From positions 320,001 to 384,000 of the forward strand of contig CM000152.2 in the NCBI GenBank assembly GCA_000004695.1: 64,000 bases of DNA. Direction: 5' to 3'. Shown here in pieces: positions 51,717 to 63,769 of this stretch (positions are counted from its first letter, which is position 1; each line of letters starts with the position of its first letter). The notes beneath the pieces were generated by a model that was not told the DNA's origin, ran no database searches, and saw nothing but the letters and a program-made list of their open reading frames with translations. A program made the translations under genes and the position numbers. Source of the DNA: Dictyostelium discoideum. Its lineage: Eukaryota.

Positions 51717-52027
51717 TTAATAATAATATTAATAATAATATTAATATTAATAATAATAATAACAACAACAACGACAACAACAATAATGAAAATACTGCTT
51801 TTAATAGTAGTGATTTAGAAGATTTGGATAATGAAAATATAAATGAAGATGATGAAAGTGATGAAGAAGGAGCTGAATTTCAAGCCGAAATTGACGAAAG
51901 TGAAAATAGCTTTCAATTTAATCAAGATGAAGATGAAAATGAAGATGAAGATGATCATCATTATGGTGAAGAGAGTGATGACGATGAATACAGGGAATTA
52001 AGAATGGAATTTGAAGAGAGTGATATT
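51416..52027 (+). CDS. probable continuation of the RING-protein gene in the same frame after the microsatellite: His11 run, Pro/Gln-rich segment, poly-N, strongly acidic C-terminal region; ends at a GTAAGT donor (52028)
   Basis: The frame is open from 51416 (HFHHHHHHHHHHHPPMLPSF...) to ...EFEESDI|GTAAGT. Composition too C-rich for a Dictyostelium promoter, so most likely coding and part of the upstream gene. Confidence 0.45.
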
Positions 52028-52256
52028 GTAAGTAGCAATGTCTGGCCATGAAAATTCCTAATTTTGGCTTTGGATAAAATGTCATCATATCCCAAAGTTC
52101 ATTTAATCCTTTTTCACCAAATGAAATATATTACAACTTATTAAGAAATCAATCAAATATATAATAATAATAATGATGATAATAATAACAATAATAATAT
52201 TGATAATATTAATAATAATAATAATAAAAAATGTTTTTTTTTTTTTTTTTTTTCAG

Positions 52257-52298
52257 TACTATGCCACAATTAGACTAGGAGTTTCTTTGATAAAATAA
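52257..52298 (+). CDS. short terminal exon (YYATIRLGVSLIK*) after a 229-bp intron (52028..52256, GTAAGT...T17CAG)
   Basis: Strong polypyrimidine-like T run plus CAG acceptor; phase 0 continuity; TAA at 52296. Confidence 0.45.
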   Translation, partial: YYATIRLGVSLIK

Positions 52299-52443
52299 AT
52301 AAATCAAAATAAAAAAAAAATAGAAATTTAATTTTCTTTTAACCACAAAAATATTGAAAAAAATTTAGAATTTTCTTAATTTATCTTGTTCATTTTTAGT
52401 TTATTATAATTTGTTATTTTATTTTTAATTATTTTTTTTTTAA

Positions 52444-52474
<31 letters not shown>

Positions 52475-52487
52475 GAAAAAGAAACTA

Positions 52488-53942
52488 TTATGAAAGTGGT
52501 TTTTGACCAACCATAATAATACGAGCACCTTGTTGATTAGTTTTTCCACCATCTTCCAAGAATGAATCAAAATTCCAATAAGAGCTTGATTTTATATTGA
52601 TAAAACCAGAAGAAATGAAGAGTAGTTGAAGTTCTGATTTTGAAATGATTGCAAAAGTTAATTCTTCGACCATTAAATGACCATTACTATAGTGAACACT
52701 ATCATCTTCCAATTGTATTTTGGTTTGATTGGCGTTACCACCACCGCCATTTGTATTTGTACCACCACCATAAAAAGAGGATTCATTGCCAATGGAATAA
52801 AAGATATCATCAACACACCAAAGACCATTGAAAGTATCGGTGTGAACAGTACTAGTTCTAACTACTTGACTACCATTGATTAACATTTTCTGTTGTTTAC
52901 TATTCATTATATTTGAAAGACCACACATGAAATTTGAGATATCAATCAATACGATGCCACCAGGTTTACAAGCATCATAAAGTTTTTTCATGGCCATAAT
53001 TCTGTCATCCAATTTGTTTAGGTATTGTAATGGGCCATGAATACTAATGATCATATCATAACGTTCGGTTATGTTCATATCCAAGAAACCAACTCTATAG
53101 ACATCGACACGGTCGCAAGTATTTTTTGAATAGTCGTATGCAAAGTTATAATAATCTTCGTCAGGCTCGAACGCTTCAATGATTTCAAATTTCGACCGGT
53201 CGTATTCGGAAAACATTCTTCCCAAACCGCAGCCGATATCCAACATTGCGCCATAGGACAATCGATAGTATAAACAAATGTTTTCAATAAACTCCCAAAT
53301 CAAAGGCACTTCGTTATCTCTTTGAATGAAACAATAGTATAGAATATCTCTTTTCTTCCAATTGGTAGCAGGATCTTTGAAACTCTCTTTAAACTCTGCC
53401 AACTTTTCCATTTCACGTTGTGATTCTGGTGATTGTCTTGCTCTTAACTTTGCAGTTTCACAATAACATGCAATAAATTTACTATCACAATTACAAAATT
53501 TCTTTTCACAAATTTCTTTAAAATTTTTATTTATCTTTGATTTAATACCTTCTAAATTCTTTTTAAAATATTTATCATTATTTATAAAATTATTATTATT
53601 ATTATTTATTATATTTGTAGTTGTAGTTGTTGTAGTTGTTGTAGTATTTGTATTTGTATTTGTATTTGTAGTTGTAGTTGTTGTTATATTATTACAATTG
53701 TTATTATTATTATTTTTGGTATTATTATTATTATTACGATAAATTTCTTTTAATGTTGGAAATTCTGTATAAAAGTTTTCATAAGTTTTTTTTATTTGTA
53801 AATCTCTTTCATTTTCTTCTGGTTGAATTGTCAATTTACTTGAAGTTGGTGTTGAAGTTAAAAGAGAATTTGTTGTAGTGGTATTATTTGGTGACCTTTT
53901 TTTTTTATTTTTTTTACTGGGTATATATGGATTTATAAGCAT
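52488..53942 (-). CDS. class I SAM-dependent methyltransferase-domain protein (484 aa) with a Thr/Asn-rich N-terminal region
   Basis: Motif I MLDIGCGLGRMF, acidic end of beta-2 (EAFEPDED), motif post-II/III ...KPGGIVLIDISNF; single exon. Confidence 0.75.
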   Translation of the reverse strand: MLINPYIPSKKNKKKRSPNNTTTTNSLLTSTPTSSKLTIQPEENERDLQIKKTYENFYTEFPTLKEIYRNNNNNTKNNNNNNCNNITTTTTTNTNTNTNTTTTTTTTTTNIINNNNNNFINNDKYFKKNLEGIKSKINKNFKEICEKKFCNCDSKFIACYCETAKLRARQSPESQREMEKLAEFKESFKDPATNWKKRDILYYCFIQRDNEVPLIWEFIENICLYYRLSYGAMLDIGCGLGRMFSEYDRSKFEIIEAFEPDEDYYNFAYDYSKNTCDRVDVYRVGFLDMNITERYDMIISIHGPLQYLNKLDDRIMAMKKLYDACKPGGIVLIDISNFMCGLSNIMNSKQQKMLINGSQVVRTSTVHTDTFNGLWCVDDIFYSIGNESSFYGGGTNTNGGGGNANQTKIQLEDDSVHYSNGHLMVEELTFAIISKSELQLLFISSGFINIKSSSYWNFDSFLEDGGKTNQQGARIIMVGQKPLS

Positions 53943-54229
53943 TTAATATTTTTTTTTTTTTTCTTTTTTTAGTTTTTTTTTTTTTTTTAGTTTTAAATTA
54001 GGATGTTTATAGTTTTAGTTTTAATTTTAGTTTTAGTTATAGTTTTTTTTTTTTTTTTAATATTGTGAAAGTATTAAAAAAAAAATTTTTAATTAAAAAA
54101 AACAAAAAAAAAAAATTTAATATTATTTTTTTGTTTTTTTTAAAAAAATAAAAAAAACAAAAAAACGAAACGGGGAAAAATGGAAGAAAGTGTGTGAAAG
54201 AATGAAATTTAAGAAAAAAAAAAAAAAAA

Positions 54230-54261
<32 letters not shown>

Positions 54262-54401
54262 GACAAGATTTATTATTAATTGGATTCAAAGTTTTTTTTT
54301 TTTTTTTTTTTTTTTTTTGATGAGATTTATTATTAATTAAAATTTTAATTTTATAAAAAAAAATAAAATAAAATAAAAAAAAAAGAGAAATTAATTAATT
54401 T

Positions 54402-55185
54402 TTATATTAAAGAAGATGGTTTTTGATAAGTTATTCTTTTTGATTGTTTTGAATTTGATAAATTTGATTTAATTGGTTTTGGTTTTATATTACTTGTGTT
54501 ATTATTATTATTATTATTATTTTTATTAATTTGATTAAAATCAAAAGAAGTTTTCTTTTTAATATTATCTAAAAATCTATCTTCAATATTTGTCATTAAC
54601 GAATCATAACGAATCATTTCAATATTTTCTTTTTCAGATGCGTAAATTTTATGAATTGGAGTTTGTTGAGTTGGTGGACCAGGTTCAATTGATGATTGAA
54701 GGAGTTGAGAATCTGCTGAAACCATATTTTCACCTAAAAGAATTGCATTGATACCTTCAGAACCAAACCAACATAAAAAGTACCAACTTAATGAACTTAC
54801 ATATGATACATCCAATGAACCCATTTCAATACCTCTTTGAAGAAAGGTTTTGAAACGAATTGTCAATGGAAAGAATGGTAGCTTACAAGCTACAAATCCA
54901 CTAAAGAAATGATTTACCCAACTCATCATTGTTACTTGTGGTATCAAATGCATTATATTACCCTTTAACATATCGGTTATACCCGATGGATCTGTAAACA
55001 TTGAATTTGCAAACATCATATTCATTGGATTTGAATCTTCTTGTGTTGGTGCTATTGAACTTAATATACCTTTATTTGTCTTTGATCCTGTTGTACCACA
55101 TAAATATGCTTTTCTAATAAAAAATGATTTTTGAGGTATTCTATTATAAAATGATACTAATCTTCTAACTCTATTAATTGTTTGC
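54402..55185 (-). CDS. emc3: ER membrane protein complex subunit 3 (EMC3/TMEM111) exon 2
   Basis: LTIRFKTFLQRGIEMGSLDVSYVSSLSWYFL and MMSWVNHFFSGFVACKLPFFPL match the EMC3/DUF106 core (LTLRFKQMLQQGIEL..LDASWVSSASWYFL). Acceptor TATTATAG|G at 55186-55187. Confidence 0.8.
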
Positions 55186-55289
55186 CTATAATAATAATAA
55201 TAATAATAATAATAAATTGAAATTAAAATTAAATTTAAATTTTATTAAATGATTTATTACTATTATTTATTATTATAATTATTCCATAC

Positions 55290-55450
55290 ATTTGCATTGT
55301 TTTTTCGACATCTTGTGGTTTACCTGAATTAATTTGCATAATTCTTGAAATATTTAATTTTAATGCACTAACAATAAATAATACAATTAAAATCGGTATA
55401 ACTACCCAATTTCTAATTTCGACATCTAACACAATTGGTGATTCTGTCAT
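55290..55450 (-). CDS. emc3: EMC3 exon 1 (MTESPIVLDVEIRNWVVIPILIVLFIVSALKLNISRIMQINSGKPQDVEKTMQ), phase 2; intron 55186..55289 (GTATGG...TATAG)
   Basis: RNWVVIPI TM1 matches EMC3 (LRDWVLIPIV). The track ORF tail MYGIIIIINNSNKSFNKI is intron read-through. Confidence 0.65.
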
Positions 55451-55928
55451 TGTTTATCATATATATATATAAGATTAGTTTATACAATTTTTGTGAACAG
55501 AAAAAAAAAATTAAAAATTAAAAAAAATTAAAAAATTGAAAAATTAAAAAAAAAAATAAAAAAAAAATAAAAAAAAATAAAAAAAAATATAATTTTTTTT
55601 TTTTTTTTTTTTTTTTTTTGTTTATATTTTTGACAAATTAGGATGAAACTCTCTTTATAAGTAAACAGGTTAACTAAAGTCCAAAAATATTAATTTTACA
55701 AAAAAAAATATAAATTCTTGTAACAAAATAGACTATTTGATTACATCATTATCCTTTTTAAAAATTTGGATTATTTCTTTTTTATTTTTTTGATTTGGAC
55801 TTTTCAAAATGTTTTTATCCAAAAATATCTTATTTATTTTTTATTTTATTTTTATTTTTATTTTTTTTTTTTTATCTTTTTCAAAAGGAACAAGCTTCCA
55901 TTATAATTATCAATATCAGATCCATTTT

Positions 55929-55992
<64 letters not shown>

Positions 55993-56077
55993 GTTTTTTT
56001 TTTTTTATAAAAAAATTTTAATTTAATATTTATCCTCCCCCAAATTTGTACATATAAAACAAATAAATAAATAAATA

Positions 56078-56115
<38 letters not shown>

Positions 56116-56117
<2 letters not shown>

Positions 56118-56289
56118 GACTGAAAATAAAACTGTATTATATTCATATTGGAGATCATCATGTTCATGGAGAGTCAGAGTAGCACTTGCTTATAAGAAAA
56201 TCAAATATGAATATAAAGCAATTCATTTACTTAAAGATGGTGGTCAACAAAAATCAGACGAATATTCAAAATTAAATCCAATGAAAGCA
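56116..56289 (+). CDS. mai: maleylacetoacetate isomerase / glutathione S-transferase zeta exon 1
   Basis: GST-zeta signature [14 protein letters not shown]; exon ends NPMKA|GTATGT. Confidence 0.8.
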
Positions 56290-56392
56290 GTATGTTCTTA
56301 AACATTTTTATCTTTTTCCCTCTTTTTTTTATTAATATTTATTAATAAATTTTTTAAAATAAATAATTAATTAAATAAATAAAATAAAATAG

Positions 56393-56878
56393 ATTCCAAC
56401 ATTAGAAATTGATGGACATATAATTGGACAATCATTAGCAATTTTAGAATATTTAGAGGAAACACACCCAGAGAATCCACTTATGCCAAAGGGATCATAT
56501 GAACGTGCAATTGCAAGACAAATGATGCAAATTATTGGATCAGATATTCAACCACTTCAAAATTTAAAGGTCTTAGGATTAATTGCTCAATATAGTGGTG
56601 ACGATTCTAAAAAATCTGAATGGGCACGTACTGTAATTACAAATGGTTTCAATGGTTTAGAGAAATTATTAGAAAAACATAGTGGCAAATTTTGTGTTGG
56701 TGATAGTGTTAGCTTTGCTGATCTCTGTTTACCTGCTCAAGTTTACAATGCTAATAGATTCAACGTTGATATGACACCATATCCAAATATTACTCGTGTA
56801 AATCAACACCTTTTAACTATTCCTGAATTCATCGAAGCCTTACCACAAAATCAACCAGATGCAGAACCACAATGTTAA
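56393..56878 (+). CDS. mai: maleylacetoacetate isomerase / GST-zeta exon 2 (total 219 aa)
   Basis: Acceptor AAAATAG at 56391-56392, phase 0. IPTLEIDGHIIGQSLAILEYLEETHP...ERA..RQ...I.S.IQPLQN typical of GSTZ. Confidence 0.85.
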   Translation: MPTLEIDGHIIGQSLAILEYLEETHPENPLMPKGSYERAIARQMMQIIGSDIQPLQNLKVLGLIAQYSGDDSKKSEWARTVITNGFNGLEKLLEKHSGKFCVGDSVSFADLCLPAQVYNANRFNVDMTPYPNITRVNQHLLTIPEFIEALPQNQPDAEPQC

Positions 56879-57174
56879 TAAATTAAAAAATAATAAAATG
56901 AAAATTAAAATATCTTTTTTTATACATAAGCATCACTTTATTTATTTTATTTTATTTTTTTTTATTTAAAACAATAAATGTTTTATTTTATTTTTTAATT
57001 TTAATTTTTTTTTTTTTTTTATTTTTATTTTATTTTTTTTTTTTTTTTTTTTCAATTTTTTTTCATTTTTTTTTAATTTTTTTTTTTTAATTTTTTTTTA
57101 TTTTTTTTTTTTTTATTTTATTTTATTATTTCATTTGTCATTCACACACATACAAATTTTTTAATTATTTAAGA

Positions 57175-57604
57175 ATGATTAGAGCTGGCAAAATTTTACA
57201 ACCATCAGTTTTATCACCATTTGTAAATGGTTTTTTACCAAAATCAGCATTGGTATCAAATAAAGGTTTAAGTCTTAATAGCAATAAATCTTTAACTTTT
57301 ACTTTTGACAGTGCAAGCATTTTCTCAGCTAGTTCATATTCAACAACTAGTCAACAACAACAACAACAAAAACATTTAACAGCAAGAGATAAATTACCAG
57401 ATAATGCAAAGGCAATTTTGAATTATAAAGTATTCCATTACAGTACAATTATTGTTGCTGTCAGTATCTTACCAACAATCTTTGCTCAAGGTACAAATTT
57501 AGCATTAGTCTCTGATATTGCCCTTGGTATTAGTCTTCCAGCTCATCTTTATTTAGGTATGGAAGCTGTTATCAATGATTACATTTATAGACCAGCTTTA
57601 AGAA
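57175..57604 (+). CDS. sdhD: succinate dehydrogenase membrane-anchor subunit D (CybS/SDHD) exon 1 with an N-terminal mitochondrial presequence
   Basis: HLYLGMEAVINDYIY matches the SDHD heme-His / quinone-Tyr motif (HGHWGLGQVVTDYVHG). Basic, hydroxylated, non-acidic N-terminus. Donor GTAAGT at 57605, phase 1. Confidence 0.65.
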
Positions 57605-57725
57605 GTAAGTTTTTTTAAAAAATAAACAAAAAATAAACAATTAAATATCCAATGGTTTTTAGTATATAATATATCTACATATATATATATATATACTAAT
57701 ATTTAATAATTTTTAAATAAAATAG

Positions 57726-57835
57726 CAACTAGTAAAATTTTAGTTGGTGGTGCTGCCATTATCGTTTGTGCTGGTCTTATTACTCTTTCACTTAGAGATG
57801 GTATTGGTAGTGTTGTTAGTGCTTTATGGAAATAA
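57726..57835 (+). CDS. sdhD: SDHD exon 2 (TTSKILVGGAAIIVCAGLITLSLRDGIGSVVSALWK), last TM helix
   Basis: Acceptor AAATAG (57724-57725). C-terminus resembles SDHD ...KAVAMLWKL. Confidence 0.6.
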
Positions 57836-58104
57836 TTACTTTTTATTGGAAAATCAATGTAAAAATTCAAAAAAATTAAAAAAAAAAAAAACAAAGAAAA
57901 AAACATATACATATAAATATTTAAAAAATAAAAAAATAAAAAAAAGAAAAAGAAAAGGCAATAACTTATAATAAACATTATTGTTGCATTCATTTTTTAA
58001 AAAATAAATAAAAAAAAAAAAAAAACAAAGAAAAAAAAAAACAAACTTTTAATTTTAAATCATTCTTTATTTAAATTTTTTTTTTTTTTTTTTTTCAAAT
58101 TTTA

Positions 58105-58140
<36 letters not shown>

Positions 58141-58149
58141 TAATGTGTG

Positions 58150-58378
58150 TTAACAGGATTTTACTTTTGGTTGAGTTTTAATGAATTTTTGATAAATAGT
58201 GAAATAGAAAACGGAACCAATTGTAAATATTGAAGTACCAATGATCCATGGATATTTAACTTCTGGTGGTGTTGGAATTTGCCAAAACATAGCACCACCA
58301 TATTTAACACAGATTAAAACTTCAATGAAAACATTTGCAATACAAATCCATGCCATTGCACCCAACTTTTTAGTTTTA
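58150..58378 (-). CDS. phosphatidylserine synthase exon 4 (C-terminal TM segments); total about 487 aa
   Basis: Acceptor TTATTTAG (58379-58380) with phase 2 completion to GGT; stop at 58150. Confidence 0.75.
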
Positions 58379-58415
58379 CTAAATAAATAAATAAATAAAT
58401 AAAATTTATAATTAG

Positions 58416-58471
<56 letters not shown>

Positions 58472-58507
58472 GATGTATTATATAAATAGATTAAGATAAT
58501 AAATTAC

Positions 58508-58902
58508 CCATCAGTTGCAAATTGATAATATTCACGTAAACCTGGAGTACCAATTAAACACCATAATAATAAACGATAAACATTGATTGGATTTGGTGGT
58601 GGTATCCATAATAAAGTTTTCAAAAAGAAAGCATTTAATTCAACGATTGAAATTAAAACAACCAATAGAATAACACCAAGATATCTCTTCCATGATGATA
58701 AAATCTCCCAATTGTATGTATCTAAAGTTTGTGGAGTGAATTGTTTTAATAAAGTGATTGGATTATACCATGATTTCTTTCTCTCTTCTGATTTTGGTTG
58801 TTCAACACCTGCCCAATTATATTCCTTCATATGTAAATATCTAATTGTTAATAAACCCATCAAAATTCCTAATGCATTACATACTAAAATATCTAAAATA
58901 AT
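58508..58902 (-). CDS. phosphatidylserine synthase exon 3 (|IILDILVCNALGILMG...)
   Basis: ILDIL.CN.LGI motif directly follows WWDH after splicing. Acceptor ATATATAG (58903-58904). Donor GTAATT at 58507 (phase 2). Confidence 0.8.
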
Positions 58903-58936
58903 CTATATATATATATCGATATTTTGGTTAGTATAT

Positions 58937-58985
<49 letters not shown>

Positions 58986-59003
58986 ATTATTTTTATACTT
59001 TAC

Positions 59004-59457
59004 ATGATCCCACCAACATTCATGAAAATTTGGTAAAAGATGAGCAAATGTTAATTCTAAAATTTCAAATGAAATTGATAAAACCCAACAAAGACGATAG
59101 TCACGTAAGAGTAAAGTTTTACCCCACCAACCTAAGAAATGTGCCCAAATGAATTCATCGTTTACAGTGTGTTTTAAATTTGCAAAATTTGATTCTGGAT
59201 TGTCTGGTGTATAAAGGTCACAATTATCAGCATATGATCTCTCTGGTAATGGTTCACCTAATTTGGAATCGATATGTTTCATAATTATACGTGCATCATC
59301 AGCTGATTGAAATAACATAAATACTAATGCACATAAATATAATACACCAACTCCCATCACTACTCTCCAAAATGCTGGATGTGGTCTAATAAATAAACCA
59401 TCTCTCATTTGTAACATTGAAAATAATAAAAATGCTGCACATGATGCTAAAATACCA
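59004..59457 (-). CDS. phosphatidylserine synthase exon 2 (...NFHECWWDH|)
   Basis: PSS family motif HECWWD; acceptor T12AG; donor GTAAAG at 59003 (phase 0). Confidence 0.8.
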
Positions 59458-59488
59458 CTAAAAAAAAAAAAGAGATAAATAAGAATTG

Positions 59489-59524
<36 letters not shown>

Positions 59525-59591
59525 TAATTATTTATTTATTTATTTATTTTTTTTTTTATTTATTATTTATTTAATAAAATAAAATAATTAC

Positions 59592-59977
59592 GTTTTAACA
59601 CTGTTAACTTGTGATTGTTCTTTTGTGAATGCGAAATAAATTGTAACAATACCTGCTATTATTAATGCAAGAATTGTATGTGGTTTATAAAAAAAATTTA
59701 ATGTATCTTGTTCTTTTTTAGTTTGTTCGGTTGTATGGTTTGCAACAGCCGTTGATCCTCTATTCGAATTGCTATTCGCCATATTATTATATATATTATT
59801 ATTATTATTTATTTTATTATTATTATTATTATCACTATTATTATTATTATTTATTTGTTTATTATTATTATTATTATTATTATTACTTTTATTATTATTG
59901 ATATTATTATTATTATTATTGATATTGATATTATTACTTGAGTTATTTATTTCTGTATTATTCCGAATGTTTTGCAT
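59592..59977 (-). CDS. phosphatidylserine synthase (base-exchange, PTDSS-type) exon 1, N-rich N-terminus then first TM
   Basis: ATG 59977; donor GTAATT at 59591 (phase 2); intron 59458..59591. Confidence 0.7.
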
Positions 59978-60240
59978 TTATGATTTTTTGACTATTTGAA
60001 TAAAAAAAAAATAAAAAAAAAAAAAAAATCGTTTTGGTTTTAAATTTTAAATAATCGTTTATTTTTTTTAATTTTTAATTTTTTAATTTTTTTTTTTTTG
60101 ATTTTTTTTTTTTTTTTATTATTATTTTTTTTTTTTTTTTTTTTTTATAATGAGGGAATTTTGGGAAAACTAAAAACCATAAAAATATTTTCAAAACTTA
60201 ATCTTCAAAACGATTAACGATACCATTTTTGGATTCGAGG

Positions 60241-60280
<40 letters not shown>

Positions 60281-61606
60281 ATAATTCAAAATAAATAAAA
60301 AAAAAAAAAAAAAAAACAAAAAAAAACAAAAAAAAACCAACAGTATTGCAAATTAATTTATTAAAAACAAACACAACTTATTTAATAAAAAAAAAAAAAA
60401 AAAAAAGATAAAAAAAGTAAAAAATAAAACAATGGGAATATCAAAAAAAAACAAAATATTTTTTTTGGACCATGTTTTTTTTTTTTTTTTATTTTTTGCA
60501 ATATAAATCTTGATTATTTCAAATGTAATGTTGTTGCGATTGATTGTAAAATTTTAAAGAAAATATATAATTATAATGTAAAAAATAAAAATAAAAAAAT
60601 AATAAAAATAAAAATAATAATTTAATTTAATTTTATATTAAAATTTTAATTTAACTGATCAAAAATACAAGTAAATTTATTGGAAAGGACTTACAAATCA
60701 AACAAATAAATAATTGTTTTTTTTTTTTTTCATATTTTTTTATATTTTTTTTTTTTAATTTTTTAAAAAAAAATTTAATTAAAATTTATTTTTATTTTTT
60801 ATTTTTTTTTATTTTTTTTTTTTATTTTTTTTATTTTTTTTATTTTTTTTTTTTCAAATTTCGTTATTTGGCCCAATTTAATATTATTTATTTATAATTT
60901 AATTCCATTCATAATTGGAATAAAGAATAAAAAAATATATTTTTTTATAATTTTTATTTTTTTATTTTATTTTATATTTATTTTATTTTTTTAAAAAAAA
61001 AAAGATTAATATAGTTCATTAAATTCAGTTTCAGAATAGAATTTACTCACATTCACGAGAACCAGAAAGAAAAAAAAAAAAAATAAAAAAAAAAAATAAA
61101 AAAAAAAAAATTTTAAAAATAAAAAAAAAAATACACATCCACACGCAATAAATAAAAAAATAAAAATAAAAAAAAAAATAAAAAAATAAAAAGTAGACAT
61201 AATTAAAGGTACTGTCACATCACATCCATCAGTAACTTGTGTTCAATAATAATAATAGTAATAATAATAATAATAATAGTAGTAATAAAATAATAATAAT
61301 AATTGTGTAATAATATTTCTTTTTTCATTTTTGGGGATATATTATTATTATTGGATTATTACTATATTAAATTTTTTTTTTTTAAAAAAAAAAAAAACAA
61401 AAATATTAAAGCTACACATAACTTTATTCCTTATTGTTGGAATAATTTCATTATCAATAACGAAAATAGATTATTTTTCAAAGATTTTTAAATCAGGTCA
61501 CGGTACGCACAATACCGTAACCAATACAACTACTACTACTACTACTACCACAACCAACACCAACACTAATAATATCAATACCAACACCATAACTAACATT
61601 AATAAC

Positions 61607-61702
61607 ATGGATGAATCATTTGATGCTTTTGAAATAAAACCAAATAGCAGTATTATTGAACATTTTAATAATCACCCAACTTGTATAGATAAAGAATTTA
61701 AT
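61607..61702 (+). CDS. ptpB: protein tyrosine phosphatase gene, first coding exon (MDESFDAFEIKPNSSIIEHFNNHPTCIDKEFN|). Alternatively the exon begins at an acceptor near 61470 and includes an in-frame Thr-rich stretch
   Basis: ATG in frame with the downstream exons; donor GTAACT at 61703. Total length from this ATG is 377 aa, which fits the size I recall for Dictyostelium PTP2. Confidence 0.5.
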
Positions 61703-61972
61703 GTAACTATCTTTTTTTTTTTTTTTTTTTCTCTTTTCAAAAATAAAAATCATATACATTTTTTCTATATATGATATTTTAATGGATATTTTATTAACTA
61801 TCGTTATATTCCATTTTCGGAAATAAAATAAAAAAAAAAAAAAAAAAAAAAAACAAAACAAACAAATTTATCATATCTACCCTCTTCTTCTTCTTCCTCT
61901 TCTTCTTCCTCTTTTCCTTCTCCTTCTCCTTCTCCCTCCTCCTTCTTTTCATATCAATTTCCTCTTCTTTAG

Positions 61973-62078
61973 TTTATTTTACAAAAAACTGAATTAAGAG
62001 CACTTGAAACAGATAAATTTAGATCAGCACTTGAGGCGAAAAATAAACTAAAAAATAGATATTCTAATGTTCTACCCT
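61973..62078 (+). CDS. ptpB: PTP exon 2 (...KNKLKNRYSNVLP), phase 1 out
   Basis: Conserved PTP N-R-Y-x-x-(I/V)-L-P motif; acceptor TCTTTAG; donor GTAAGT at 62079. Confidence 0.6.
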
Positions 62079-62172
62079 GTAAGTAGCTTTTTTTTTTTTT
62101 TTTTTTTATACCAAAAGACATTTTTCATTACTAATTTTTTTATTTTTATTTTTTTTATTATTATTTAAATAG

Positions 62173-62251
62173 TTGAAGAAACAAGAGTTAAAATAAATAT
62201 AGATGATGATGATGATGATGAGGATGATAATGAGGATGATATAATAGTAAG

Positions 62252-62282
<31 letters not shown>

Positions 62283-62420
62283 AAAAGAATTAAAAGAAAT
62301 AGTATAGGAAGTTCAGGTCAAAGTGATGTAATGAGTAATTCAAGTGATGAGGAGGATCATGGTGGAAGTGGTGATGAAGGTACCACTTTATCTGATTATA
62401 TTAATGCTAGTTTTATAAAT
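62173..62420 (+). CDS. ptpB: PTP exon 3 (FEETRVKI..., long acidic/poly-N/Ser insertion, ...TLSDYINASFIN|)
   Basis: (F/Y)xxxRV(K)L and DYINAS motifs flank an approx. 55-aa D/E/N-rich insertion; donor GTAAGT at 62421. Confidence 0.7.
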
Positions 62421-62521
62421 GTAAGTTATAAAAATCTCCGAATGAAACTATATTTTTAAAAATAATTATTAACTTTTTATTTTTATTATTTTTATTATTT
62501 TTTTTAAAAATCTATTTTTAG

Positions 62522-62773
62522 AATGGAACTTATATATGTACACAAGGACCTTTACTTAATACAATTGTTGATTTTTGGAAAATGATTTGGGAACAAAATA
62601 GCAATATAATTGTAATGTTAACTAGGGAAGAAGAAAATTTTAAAACGAAATGTGATAAATATTGGCCTGATAAAGATGAAGAAAGATATGGAAATTTTAT
62701 AGTTAAATTTGATAATAATATAACAATACCCGATATTTTAATTAGAAGAGAATTTACGTTAGAAAATTTAAAG
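62522..62773 (+). CDS. ptpB: PTP exon 4 ([11 protein letters not shown]...KCDKYWP...)
   Basis: TQGPL and KC.(Q/K)YWP motifs; acceptor TTTTTAG; donor GTATTT at 62774. Confidence 0.85.
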
Positions 62774-62886
62774 GTATTTATCCATCCTTCTTTTTTTATA
62801 TAAAATTTACCTTTGAAAATTTTAAAGAATATTAATAGATTTTTTTATTTTTTTATTTTATTTTATTTCTATTTTTTTTTTCTTAG

Positions 62887-63318
62887 GATAATAAAACTAG
62901 AAAGATTTATCATTTTCAATATACTACATGGCCAGATCATGGTACACCAGTTTCAACAACTGGATTTTTAAAGTTTGTTAGTTTTGTAGATCATGAAAAG
63001 AGAAGTGGACCAATTGTTGTTCATTGTAGCGCAGGTATTGGTAGATCAGGTACATTTGTAGCCATTCATAGTATTGTTGCTAAATTTGCAAAACATTATG
63101 ATGAAAAGAAACAAGCACCATCAATAAATTTACCAAAGTTGGTTGTAGAGATGAGAAATGAAAGACCAGGTATGGTTCAAACCAGAGATCAATATAGATT
63201 TTGTTATCTTGCTATCTCTGAAGCTATGAATACTGTATTAAAGAAAGAACAAAAGAAACGTAAAGGTTTATCATATTCTTATTCAAGTATTCCACTTACT
63301 GGTCCGGAACATGATTAA
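62887..63318 (+). CDS. ptpB: PTP exon 5: WPD loop (WPDHGTP), catalytic P-loop VHCSAGIGRSGTF, Q-loop QTRDQYRF; stop TAA 63316
   Basis: Complete classical PTP catalytic signature HC(X5)R with general-acid WPD; acceptor TTCTTAG. Confidence 0.9.
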   Translation, partial: DNKTRKIYHFQYTTWPDHGTPVSTTGFLKFVSFVDHEKRSGPIVVHCSAGIGRSGTFVAIHSIVAKFAKHYDEKKQAPSINLPKLVVEMRNERPGMVQTRDQYRFCYLAISEAMNTVLKKEQKKRKGLSYSYSSIPLTGPEHD

Positions 63319-63339
63319 ATCAAAATAATAATAAATAAA

Positions 63340-63395
<56 letters not shown>

Positions 63396-63701
63396 AAAAT
63401 AATCAAAAACATTAAATAGTAATAATAAAATAGTAAAATAATTAAAAAATAAATTTTATTTAAATCAAAATAAAATAATAATAATTAAACAAATAAAAAA
63501 AAAAAAAAAATAAAAAAAAAAAAAATAATAAAATAAAGAAAAAAAAATAAAAAAATAAAAAACAATAAAAAAAAAAATAAAATAAAAAAAATAATAATAA
63601 AAAACAATAAATAAAATAAAACAATGTAAAAAAAAAAAAAAAATAATAAAATAAAATAATTAAAAAAAACACTTTTCTTTTTATCTTTGTTTAAATATTG
63701 G

Positions 63702-63769
<68 letters not shown>

